A DNA stretch of 64,000 nucleotides. It comes from Candidatus Zhuqueibacterota bacterium (GTDB taxonomy: Bacteria; Zhuqueibacterota; Zhuqueibacteria; Thermofontimicrobiales; Thermofontimicrobiaceae). The DNA is taken from assembly GCA_049322915.1 (NCBI GenBank), contig JBMOPW010000034.1:64001-128000 (forward strand), read 5' to 3'. The translations under genes were made by a program, and so were the position numbers. The notes beneath the pieces were generated by a model that searched no databases, was not told the origin of the DNA, and was given only the letters and a program-made list of their open reading frames with translations. This document shows, in pieces, positions 46,000-55,518 of this stretch (the first letter of the stretch is position 1; every line of letters starts with the position of its first letter).

Positions 46000-48915
46000 T
46001 TAGAAATCCCAGCCAAAGAAGAACTGCTGGAACATACCGGATTGCATAGTGAATTTGTCCGAGTTGAACAGATCATGGGTATCGTGCAGCATAAACTTTT
46101 TGCCGAAATCAAAACGGAGGACGAGTATACCGCCGATGCGAAAGCGAATGCCGAATCCCATACTCCCCAAAACCGAGTTCAATTCGTCATCCCAGGCATT
46201 GCCGAGATCCACAAAGCTGGCGCCGCGGATAGCGCTGAATCCCATACCGCCAAACGGAAAATTGATGATGAATCGGTCGATGAAAGGGAAGCGGAGTTCA
46301 TTGCTGACCAGAAAGATTTTCTTGCCCCAGATTGACCATCGTTTATAGCCGCGCAGATCCCAGCTTCCACCCATGTAAAAATGAAGGGGTTCCTTGCCGT
46401 GGTTGTACTGAGTCATCGCGCGAACAGCAAAGGTCGTCCGTCGGGTGAGACGGAAATATTTACGCGTGTCCACAATGATCGTATAGAAATTCACATTGGA
46501 ATGGCGCACGTCCATGGTATTGCCCAGCGTCAAATTGATCCGTTCGCCATCCATGGGGCCGGACGGTCCCCAGAGGGAATTGTCCTTCACGTAGCTGATG
46601 AAATTGGAGACGAGCAATGCCTTGCGGCTGGTTTCAAATCCATAGCGCTCTTTGTATGACTGGCGCACGTTCAGGCTCCCTTCAATGCGCTCGAAGACGG
46701 AGATCGGATAACTGACAGAGCCAAACCCGCCGTAGAGCCGCTCGTAATAAAAGCCATCGTACCAGTTGAAATAGCGCCCGGCAAAATGATACAGCCCCAC
46801 GGCATAATTTGTTCGATGCGATAAATCGACGCGGGACAGTGCCACATTGAAGCTTTCCAGGAATTCCTGCTTGGTCTGGGCATTATTATAAACGAGAAAG
46901 TGGTACTGGTAATTTCCCAGCATGTCGCTCATGGCAAGTTGTGCGCCGCCGGATGTGCCGTAAATTGGGTCCTGCATCACCTGGCTCTGGGCCACATCCA
47001 GATTGAATTTAGGCCGATACTGATTGGTGGAAACGATTGAACCGGAATGCAATTTGACCGGATTCCAGAATGAAGTTGGAGTGCAAATCGAATCGCGCTG
47101 TACCACGCGCGACGAATCGAATCGCTGGACGACCTCATCCAGCACCTGAATCTGGTATGAAAATTTTTCAAATGCAGTGAAAATGATTTTGTTATCGTCC
47201 GTCCATTCCGGGTCATGGGCGCCGGTGGTGAAATTGGTGATCTTTCTGGCGCTGTGTTCGCTTTGAACCAGCGAGAACGGCGGAAAACCTGGCGTCAACG
47301 CCGCCAGTATTTTTGTCGTGGCCAGATACGGTTTCCGCTGCTCCATCAAATTCTCGATCAGCCAGATATTGTACGCCCCATCGCGGTCGGACGTGTACGC
47401 TAAAAAGCGATTGTCAAAGGAGATGGCCGGTGTGAAATCGTTATGTGCGCCAAAAGTGATGAAGCTGATATCGCCGGTGAGCAGATCGTAGCTGAAAATA
47501 TTGTAATAGCTCTCACCCTGAATCTGAGTCCGATCGGAACTGAAGTAGACATTTTGACCATCGCGATCCCAGACTGGATCTCGATCATCATAGAAATCGT
47601 TCGTCAGCCGATCCAGTTGACCGGTCTGGATGTCGACGATATAAATATCGCTCTTGCCCGAAAAGCTAATACCGCTAAATGCGAGTTTTGTGTTATCCGT
47701 CGACCAGCTCGGGGAGAACAGTGTAATTATTTTTTCGAACTTAAACCGATTGATGATGCTGTTTGATTTCAAATCGTAAATGTAAATCACATCGCTATTG
47801 CCGCTCTTGGAGATGAAAGCCATGTGGTCATGTTCGTTGACATCGATTTTGCTCTGGAGAATATGAAACGATTCGAACTCGTCCGTCCTTTCTCCTTTGA
47901 TGATTACATCCACGCTCTGCTCTTTGTGAATTTTTACATCTGGAACCGGCATGGAATAAATATTTGAATAGCCGGATCGGTTCGAGACGAATGAAATAAG
48001 CGGTTTCCCATCGCGACGAAAGTACGCCGGTTTGGTGTTGATGCCCTGAAACGTTATCTGCCGAGCGACCATTTCCGGAAAATCATTCTCTGCCATTTGG
48101 GGATAATGCATTTTCTTCAGCGAGTACGTCCATTCTCGATCGAATTCTTTGTAATCCACCCCAATCGTCAGCTTCATGACATTGGTGAAGTTTTCATCCT
48201 TCCAGGAGTTTTCAATCAATTGCAGGATCTTTTCTTCACCGTAAGTATCGGCTATAAATTTCAAAATGGCCTGTCCCTCTTTGTACATGAGAAAAGTGCC
48301 GTAAATAGCGAACATCTCGTTCAGCGGCACCAGGTAGCCATTCAACGTTGCATCTTTGAGGAACATGTCCGCTTCATTATTCCAGCCAATGGACCAGTAT
48401 TCTGCCAAACCCTCGATGTACCACAAAGGAAGGCCAGGGTAATGGACTTTCTTATGGTCTTTCAATACCTGATAATGTTTGCTGTGGGTGAACACGTGAA
48501 TGAGCTCGTGACGGATCACCCTTTTAAAATCATGAATGGAACCGTTGCAGGGGACAACAACCCTGCCTTTGATGAACTCAAAAAATCCTCCAACTCCCTC
48601 TGGCAAAATATAGGGCGTCGTGTTCGTCTGCTGAAAATGTGAATGGTTTGAGTAAAATATTAGAGGAATACGCCGATTAATATTATGATTGAATTTATCC
48701 TCTAAAAATGTATAGGATTCCTCGGCCGCAGCAGCGCCGATTTCGGCCAACTCTTCCATTTCCGGATAAAAGTAAATATCGAAATGCTCGGTCTTTAAAA
48801 TGTACCAGGTAAAATTATTGTATTGTACTTTGTTTCTGCCGAAATAATACTGGCCGCTCGCAGGCATGACAAACGTGAAGAATATCAAAATGATGAACGC
48901 TGATTTTCGAAGCAT
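46000..48915 (-). CDS. Omp85-family protein with an N-terminal zincin (MA-like) domain and a TolB/PD40 propeller
   Basis: HELIH...WYIEGLAE; PD40 repeats (PSWS, DPVW); barrel LRGY, ELRFP, terminal FGWDF. Confidence 0.85.
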   Translation of the reverse strand: MLRKSAFIILIFFTFVMPASGQYYFGRNKVQYNNFTWYILKTEHFDIYFYPEMEELAEIGAAAAEESYTFLEDKFNHNINRRIPLIFYSNHSHFQQTNTTPYILPEGVGGFFEFIKGRVVVPCNGSIHDFKRVIRHELIHVFTHSKHYQVLKDHKKVHYPGLPLWYIEGLAEYWSIGWNNEADMFLKDATLNGYLVPLNEMFAIYGTFLMYKEGQAILKFIADTYGEEKILQLIENSWKDENFTNVMKLTIGVDYKEFDREWTYSLKKMHYPQMAENDFPEMVARQITFQGINTKPAYFRRDGKPLISFVSNRSGYSNIYSMPVPDVKIHKEQSVDVIIKGERTDEFESFHILQSKIDVNEHDHMAFISKSGNSDVIYIYDLKSNSIINRFKFEKIITLFSPSWSTDNTKLAFSGISFSGKSDIYIVDIQTGQLDRLTNDFYDDRDPVWDRDGQNVYFSSDRTQIQGESYYNIFSYDLLTGDISFITFGAHNDFTPAISFDNRFLAYTSDRDGAYNIWLIENLMEQRKPYLATTKILAALTPGFPPFSLVQSEHSARKITNFTTGAHDPEWTDDNKIIFTAFEKFSYQIQVLDEVVQRFDSSRVVQRDSICTPTSFWNPVKLHSGSIVSTNQYRPKFNLDVAQSQVMQDPIYGTSGGAQLAMSDMLGNYQYHFLVYNNAQTKQEFLESFNVALSRVDLSHRTNYAVGLYHFAGRYFNWYDGFYYERLYGGFGSVSYPISVFERIEGSLNVRQSYKERYGFETSRKALLVSNFISYVKDNSLWGPSGPMDGERINLTLGNTMDVRHSNVNFYTIIVDTRKYFRLTRRTTFAVRAMTQYNHGKEPLHFYMGGSWDLRGYKRWSIWGKKIFLVSNELRFPFIDRFIINFPFGGMGFSAIRGASFVDLGNAWDDELNSVLGSMGFGIRFRIGGILVLRFDFGKKFMLHDTHDLFNSDKFTMQSGMFQQFFFGWDF

Positions 48916-49130
48916 AATAACCTCGCTCCATTGTGACCGATCAATAATATCGAAAAGAGATACGTGAATAGAGGGCTGGTGGATCGCGGCATCTGATGCA
49001 CCCCGCTCGTATTATCAGCCATTGACAATTTTTTTTCTATTATATAAACCTAATTTGATTTATAATAGTTCAATTTAATAGTTAAATTCATTTGCTTGCA
49101 ACATATTTTTTTTATATTATTGCAATAACA

Positions 49131-50447
49131 ATGCCCGAAGCCATTATGCAGGTCAAGCTTATAAAAATATTAAAACTTCTCGTGCTGCCATTGCTGTACG
49201 CTGTGATTTTCTTAATTGAATTTCTCATCGTGAAAAGCAGTCTGGCAGTTAGCGCCGTTGTTCCCATGATCCTCATCGCCATCCTGCTTTATTTTGGATT
49301 TCACTTCTTTTCAGAGCGAATGCCTGTGATTCCGCCAACCATCGATCGGTCGCTTGAGCAAAATCTGAGCGAAAATTTTAGGCTGGTGAATCGAAAGTTG
49401 AGAAAACAAATTTACGATTTGCATAATCTCTTTGAGATCTCTGTAAATTTAACGTCCATCCTGGAGCCAAAGCAATTGGTGAGTTCCTTGCTGCCGTCTC
49501 TTGTCGGACAATTACAAACCGCCGGCGCTTTGGTTTTTTTACCAAATGTGAATGAGGAAACGGTCATACACCCAGTCAGTTACAAGGGATATTCTGCAAA
49601 GCAAGTTGAAGGATTCTCTCTGAATTTGAAGGATCCAATTTTCAACACTTTTTTAAACAAGAAAGTCGCGATCGATTTGAAAAAATTGGATAAACAGCAC
49701 CTCGACGACCGTTTCATTTTTTTAATCGAACATGGCGTTCAATTGATAGCGCCGTTAGTCCATAAATCAAAAATTAAAGGTATCATCGCTCTGGCCGGCA
49801 AGATCAACCAAGATGATTTTTCTCAAGCCGAAACCGAAATGTTCACCCTTTTTTCGAATTTAATCTCTGTCGCGTTTTCCAATGCCATCCTCTACCAGGA
49901 ACTTGAAAAAATTTCAATCACTGATGAGATGACCGGGCTGAACAATTACCGTTTCTTCCGCAAACAATTCGAGGATGAACTTTCGCGCGCGAGACGATTC
50001 AATCATCTACTGTCGTTTATCATTTTTGATGTTGACTATTTCAAGAATTACAACGACACGCTGGGGCATCCGGCTGGCGATGAGATCCTGCGACGCGTTT
50101 CTGAATTGCTGAAAATGACCATCCGGCAGTCCGATATTGCAGCGCGTTACGGCGGCGAAGAATTTTGCATTATTCTGCCGGAGGAAGACGTGGACGGCGC
50201 GATGTGTTTCGCCGAGCGGTTTCGGAAGAAGATCGAGCATTATCCCTTCCCAAGCGAAGAGGTGCAGCCGGGCGGAAATATCACCATCAGCATTGGCATC
50301 TCCTGTTTTCCCTCACATGCCAATACTGTTCAAGAACTGATCAACAAGGCGGACGTCGCGTTGTACCACGCGAAGCGAAACGGACGTAATAAGACATGCT
50401 TGTATGCCGAAGACATGAGTGATGAAGAAAGCTCGATGCAGCAATGA
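49131..50447 (+). CDS. Membrane-bound GAF-GGDEF diguanylate cyclase (start uncertain)
   Basis: Two TMs; DEMTGL, YNDTLGH, RQSD I-site, RYGGEEF. Confidence 0.92.
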   Translation: MPEAIMQVKLIKILKLLVLPLLYAVIFLIEFLIVKSSLAVSAVVPMILIAILLYFGFHFFSERMPVIPPTIDRSLEQNLSENFRLVNRKLRKQIYDLHNLFEISVNLTSILEPKQLVSSLLPSLVGQLQTAGALVFLPNVNEETVIHPVSYKGYSAKQVEGFSLNLKDPIFNTFLNKKVAIDLKKLDKQHLDDRFIFLIEHGVQLIAPLVHKSKIKGIIALAGKINQDDFSQAETEMFTLFSNLISVAFSNAILYQELEKISITDEMTGLNNYRFFRKQFEDELSRARRFNHLLSFIIFDVDYFKNYNDTLGHPAGDEILRRVSELLKMTIRQSDIAARYGGEEFCIILPEEDVDGAMCFAERFRKKIEHYPFPSEEVQPGGNITISIGISCFPSHANTVQELINKADVALYHAKRNGRNKTCLYAEDMSDEESSMQQ

Positions 50448-50680
50448 AATCCTCAGTTTATTTTTCAAGCGATAAAGCAACATAGTTACTATTCAGGCAT
50501 ATATTCTTGCCTCAAAGACGCCGAGTCACGAAGTTACACGAAGATGTCAATTTTATTTTCCTTCCCGGGTCGACTCTAAAAAAGCTTAAAAGGCCTTGAT
50601 ACATTGGTTATGATATCGTTTCCATGTCATAAATGACGTGGCATTTCAATTGAAAAAATTAAAAGTTAGATAACGTGAAC

Positions 50681-50738
50681 AGCCCCGACGCTTAAGTCGG
50701 GGAACACAAATTTACCTTTAATTTTTGGGCGTTAGCCC
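50681..50738. repeat. REP-like palindromes inside copy A
   Basis: CCCCGAC-GCTTAA-GTCGGGG and GGGCGTTAGCCC, bracketed by TAACGTG direct repeats at 50671 and 50745. Confidence 0.5.
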
Positions 50739-50823
50739 ATTTTTTAACGTGGACTCATTCTTATACTGTGAAACTCTATTTAATTTTTCAACAGAAATTC
50801 CGCTTTTCAGCACCGATAATTTA

Positions 50824-50986
50824 GCCTGCATTATTCATAGTATATTTAAAGGAGGCTGGCCAACCAGAATGGTGCTCTTTTTAGAATAAAAGTATAAAAA
50901 CTGAGTTTCAAAATAGCTTAGCCTTTAGCTAATTGAAAATCTGAATGTTGACTCAAATTCTGAGCAAGTTCATGAATAATTCAGGT
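50824..50986 (+). mobile_element. 163-bp MITE, copy A
   Basis: TIRs CCTGCATTATTCAT / ATGAATAATTCAGG, TA on both sides. Nine mismatches in 163 bp against the reverse complement of 57375-57537 (manual count). Confidence 0.8.
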
Positions 50987-51600
50987 TAGATGAATCTTTT
51001 TCTTCGCGCCTTCGAGGCTTTGAGGCTGAATAGTTGCGCGACATAACTCCTTCTGTGTCCATTCCAGCAGTCCATCTGCAATACAGATTCAAGGATAATT
51101 GTCACAACTCCATTTTTTCTGATGTTCAAAGATGCAATGGGAACCAATTTTTTGAACTCAGTTCACCTGTCAATGAATTTTCAGATAACTTACCTGGAGA
51201 GATTCCCACTATATTTTTCGTGGTCGCCGAAGCCCATCGATGTTCTTTGGTAAACACGGCTAAGAATTAATTTCTTTTTGAATTAATACTTGACTGGAAA
51301 AGTAATTATGTTTATATTTACGGGTCTAAAAATTTCAGCTTGAGAGGAAAAACACGTGGTTCCCCCGGCTTTTGCCAAATGCAAAACCTGTACTGACGTG
51401 CCTGTTTTCGATTTCCCTGGAACGAATGTGGGGGGTGTGAATATTCTGGCAGATTTCGACGTGTACATCCGAACAGTTTTTGATCGATTGTCTGCCAAAA
51501 TATTATGGAGTTTTCCTACCTGTTTCGAACCACAGAATAAAACGAGTAATCAATTCACTTTCAAAAACCAATTGGCCGATGTTTTGGATCCGGAGATGGT

Positions 51601-53955
51601 ATGCTCATGAAAATTCAAGTGTCAATTTTTATGTCGTTTCTCATTCTCTCCAACGTGTGTTATTCACAGATTATTGATATCCGCGAATTGCATCAAAATA
51701 ATTCCCAGGGACAGCCGCTTCTGCTGAATCAGGTGGTCACGATCTCTGGAGAAGTGACGGTTTCCAATCAGTTTGGACTGGTTGCATCTGTTCAGGATAG
51801 CAGCGCCGGCGTTATGGTTTACGATGCGGCGTTTGTCAGTGCTGTCGGGATCGGCGACTCGGTCACAATCTCCGGAAAAGTCACGCAATACCAGGGGCTG
51901 ACGGAGCTACAAAATATCACCATCCAATCGCATCGGATGAATTCACCGACAATTGAACCACAACGCGTCGCCTGCCGCGACATCGCCACCGAAGGAGCCG
52001 GCGGAATCGAGAATTTTGAAGGCGAGCTTCTCCGAATAGACGACGTCACTGTGAACACAACCGCGTGGGGTTCCAACGCGAATTACACCCTGAGTGACGC
52101 CACTGGTTCCTGCGCCATCCGCATCGATGACCAATGCAGCCTTGCCAATACCATGGCGCCGTCCGGTACGTTCGACGTGATTGGCGTACTTTCCCAGTAC
52201 GATACGAGTTCTCCTTACACCAGCGGCTATCAGCTCATGCCCCGTTTTTCATCAGATATTTTATGGCATTCCGGTGTGAAAATCACAAGCGCCGTTTCGG
52301 TCAAAAATATCACGCCCCATTCGCTCACGCTGTGCTGGGAAACCGATTCGCCAGCCAATTCCGCCGTCATCTTTGGACTGTCGGAAAATTATGAGATCGA
52401 TACAGTCACTGTGAGTGAGTCGGTCGTTGTTCACGAGGTTGAAATAACCGGACTGACGCCGGCAACCGTGTATCGCGTCAAAGTTGGCTCCTCCATTGGT
52501 TCGGATTTTAATTTCTCTTCGAATACAAATGTCATCACAGCTTCCGATCCAGCTTCCACCGGGAAAATCAATGTTTATTTCAACCAGTCCGTGGAACATG
52601 CGTATGCGGATTCAATGCAGGCGGCCGGGAACGTCAACCTGCTTTCGAAATTGATCCAGCGGATCAATGCTGCAAAATACTCCATTGATTTCTGTTTTTA
52701 CAACGTCACACAGGAAGAAGCAGCCCAGGTTTTGATCGGTGCACATCAACGGGGAGTTAAAGTGCGCGTCATTACTGAAGATGATAATGCCGATGAAGCC
52801 CCAATTCAATATTTGAAGGCGGCCGGCATTCCGGTCATCGACGACAAATTTGGCAACAATTCCGGGTCTGATTACATGCACAATAAGTTCATGGTCATTG
52901 ATCATCGCGACGCCTCATCCGCTTCGGACGATTGGGTCTGGACTGGTTCGTACAATGTTTCCTATTCAGCCACCTATGATAATGCTGAAAACGTGGTGGA
53001 AATTCAGGATCAGGCGCTGGCCGAATGCTACACCATTGAATTCAACGAAATGTGGGGCAGCAGCTCGGATACGCCGAACGAAGCGAATTCTGTTTTTGGT
53101 GATAATAAGACAGACAATACACCTCATTACTTCTCTATCAACGGAGTGGAAATGACGCAGGTGATGAGTCCGTCCGATGGCGGAAGCAATTATTTTGTCA
53201 ATCACATTCAACAAGCGCAAAGCTCGCTCTATTTCTGCATTTACAGTTTCACCCAGACTCAAATTGCCGATGCCATGCGCGAAAAATGGTATCAGGTACC
53301 CGGTTTCAAAGTGAAAGGGGTGTTCGATGCGCGCGGGTCCCAGTACGATAATTACTCGGGCGCCGGGAGTTATCCCTGGAATCCACCAGCTGATGTCCAT
53401 ATCGGAAACGAGGCAGGCATTGTGCACCACAAATATCTATTGATCGATGCCAATGGCGGACCGGGTCAGCCGGCGCTCATTACCGGATCCTACAATTGGA
53501 GCCTTGCCGCAGAAAATGAAAATGATGAAAATTTCCTCATTTTCACAGATGAGACAATCGCCAACCTTTACTTGCAGGAGTTCGCGGCCCGATACCACCG
53601 CGCTGGCGGGGCCGAGCTTCTCACATTTAGTTCGGTGAAGGATCAAGCAGAAACCACACTTCCCGAAACAATTTCTTTGGCTCAAAATTATCCCAATCCA
53701 TTCAATAGCCTCACCCGCATTCATTTCACCATTCCGTCATCGTTCAATGCCCGGGAAACAGCGCTCAAAATTTTTAATATCAATGGCCAGTTGGTAGCGA
53801 CTTTGCTTCATCAGAAAATGTCCGCCGGCCCTCATCAGGTCGATTGGGATGGACTGGACGGATGGGGCAAAAAGGTCGCTTCCGGCGTATATTTGTATCA
53901 ATTATCATTCGGCGATAACTATGTTTCGAGCAAAAAATTAATTGTGTTAGAATAA
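51601..53955 (+). CDS. Secreted phospholipase D/nuclease-family protein with OB-fold, FN3-like and T9SS/FlgD C-terminal domains
   Basis: Two HKD motifs (MHNKFMVID, VHHKYLLID), each followed by TGSYN. C-terminal QNYPNPFN...WDG. Confidence 0.88.
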   Translation: MLMKIQVSIFMSFLILSNVCYSQIIDIRELHQNNSQGQPLLLNQVVTISGEVTVSNQFGLVASVQDSSAGVMVYDAAFVSAVGIGDSVTISGKVTQYQGLTELQNITIQSHRMNSPTIEPQRVACRDIATEGAGGIENFEGELLRIDDVTVNTTAWGSNANYTLSDATGSCAIRIDDQCSLANTMAPSGTFDVIGVLSQYDTSSPYTSGYQLMPRFSSDILWHSGVKITSAVSVKNITPHSLTLCWETDSPANSAVIFGLSENYEIDTVTVSESVVVHEVEITGLTPATVYRVKVGSSIGSDFNFSSNTNVITASDPASTGKINVYFNQSVEHAYADSMQAAGNVNLLSKLIQRINAAKYSIDFCFYNVTQEEAAQVLIGAHQRGVKVRVITEDDNADEAPIQYLKAAGIPVIDDKFGNNSGSDYMHNKFMVIDHRDASSASDDWVWTGSYNVSYSATYDNAENVVEIQDQALAECYTIEFNEMWGSSSDTPNEANSVFGDNKTDNTPHYFSINGVEMTQVMSPSDGGSNYFVNHIQQAQSSLYFCIYSFTQTQIADAMREKWYQVPGFKVKGVFDARGSQYDNYSGAGSYPWNPPADVHIGNEAGIVHHKYLLIDANGGPGQPALITGSYNWSLAAENENDENFLIFTDETIANLYLQEFAARYHRAGGAELLTFSSVKDQAETTLPETISLAQNYPNPFNSLTRIHFTIPSSFNARETALKIFNINGQLVATLLHQKMSAGPHQVDWDGLDGWGKKVASGVYLYQLSFGDNYVSSKKLIVLE

Positions 53956-53996
53956 TTAACTATTTACCAGGTGCAGCAAGCAAGGAGAACAACGAT

Positions 53997-55043
53997 ATGC
54001 CTACAGGCACGATGAAAGCTGTGATGAAAACGATACCAGGCATTGGCGCAGAGTTAAAAAAAATGGCTATTCCCAGACCGGGAGTTGGCGAAGTGCTGGT
54101 TCGTGTGAAAGTAACGTCAATTTGCGGTTCCGATGTCCATATTTACAACTGGAATTCCTGGGCGCAGCAACATGTCAAGCCGCCTCAGATCATTGGGCAC
54201 GAATTGGCCGGCGAAGTTGTTGAATTGGGCCAGGGCGTATCATCACTAAAAATCGGTGATTTCATCTCCGCTGAGACTCACATCCCCTGTGGCTTTTGTA
54301 AGCAGTGCCGCACCGGCAACCAACACATTTGCAAACATTTGAAAATCCTGGGCGTGGATACCAATGGCGCTTTTGCGGAGTACATCGTCATTCCCGAAGT
54401 GGTCGCATGGAAAAACGATCCGGCCATTCCGCATCACTTCGCCTCGGTGCAGGAACCGCTCGGCAACGCCATTGACACAGTCCTCAGCGAGGACGTGGCT
54501 GGAAAATCGGTAGCCATCATCGGCGCAGGACCCATTGGCATGCTGGCCGTCGGAGTGGCCCGGGTCTCCGGGGCAACAGATATTTTCGTCACGGACATCA
54601 ACGACTATCGCCTGTCCATTGCAAAAAAAATGGGCGCGACAGCCACGTTCAATCCAAACAGCACGGACATTGTCAAAGAAATCCGCGACGCCACCAGCGG
54701 CGATGGCGTGGACGTTGTCCTGGAAATGTCGGGCAATGCAACGGCGCTGAATCAGGGGTGTCAGTTGCTGACGCCAGGCGGCCGCATTTCTCTATTAGGC
54801 GTTTTCAACGCGCCGGTGACACTTGAGTTGAACAATTTAATCATCTTCAAGGGCATTCGCGTGTATGGAATCACCGGTCGCAACATGTTTTCCACCTGGT
54901 TCAAAGGGGCCAATTTCCTCAAATCACGGACGCTGGACCTGAGCCCGGTGATCACCCATCAATTGACGCTCGATGATTTTCAACAAGGATTTGATCTGAT
55001 GAAATCGGGCATGTGCGGTAAAATTGTCATGTCGGTCGCATGA
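53997..55043 (+). CDS. tdh: L-threonine 3-dehydrogenase
   Basis: ICGSDVHIY, GHE, ETHIPCGFCKQC, EPLGNA, GAGPIG, EMSG, GITGR. Confidence 0.93.
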   Translation: MPTGTMKAVMKTIPGIGAELKKMAIPRPGVGEVLVRVKVTSICGSDVHIYNWNSWAQQHVKPPQIIGHELAGEVVELGQGVSSLKIGDFISAETHIPCGFCKQCRTGNQHICKHLKILGVDTNGAFAEYIVIPEVVAWKNDPAIPHHFASVQEPLGNAIDTVLSEDVAGKSVAIIGAGPIGMLAVGVARVSGATDIFVTDINDYRLSIAKKMGATATFNPNSTDIVKEIRDATSGDGVDVVLEMSGNATALNQGCQLLTPGGRISLLGVFNAPVTLELNNLIIFKGIRVYGITGRNMFSTWFKGANFLKSRTLDLSPVITHQLTLDDFQQGFDLMKSGMCGKIVMSVA

Positions 55044-55130
55044 ACGTGAATTTTCCTATGCCGGCATGGACAAGTTCAATTCATCAGGACGAAGGTTCCT
55101 GTCGATCCGGATCTTCGAAAGGATGCACAC

Positions 55131-55508
55131 TTGATTTTTGGCATTGGCATTGACATCATCGAAGTCGCTCGCGTGGAGAAACAAATAGCCGGCGATGATT
55201 CCGGTTTTTTGAAGCGAATTTTCTCTGAAAAAGAGATTGGCTACTGCGAACTCAAGAGAAATAGAGCGCAGCACTATGCCGCGCGATTTGCTGCAAAGGA
55301 GGCGTTTTTCAAGGCGATTGGAATCGGCTGGAGAAATGGCCTGGCCTGGAGCGAAATTGAAATTCTTGATGATGATCTCGGAAAGCCGAATATTTTTTTG
55401 CACGGGAAAGCAAAACAATTTATTGATGAAAATCATATTAAACAGTTACATGTATCGCTTTCGCATTTAAAAGAAACTGCTGTGGCGGTTGTCATTCTGG
55501 AAATTTAG
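55131..55508 (+). CDS. acpS: Holo-ACP synthase (TTG start)
   Basis: GIGIDIIE, ARFAAKEA, GKP, VSLSH. Confidence 0.93.
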   Translation: MIFGIGIDIIEVARVEKQIAGDDSGFLKRIFSEKEIGYCELKRNRAQHYAARFAAKEAFFKAIGIGWRNGLAWSEIEILDDDLGKPNIFLHGKAKQFIDENHIKQLHVSLSHLKETAVAVVILEI

Positions 55509-55518
55509 AGGAGGATGT

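Larger units (their letters stand above)
50485..51037. mobile_element. Composite MITE/REP-like element, copy A
   Basis: Ends GTTACTATTCAG / CTGAATAGTTGC. Both arms are homologous, in inverted orientation, to 57324-57672. Confidence 0.7.

Noticed and set aside
51034..51610. Short ORFs between the MITE and the PLD gene
   Set aside because: No motifs or RBS, and they overlap one another.
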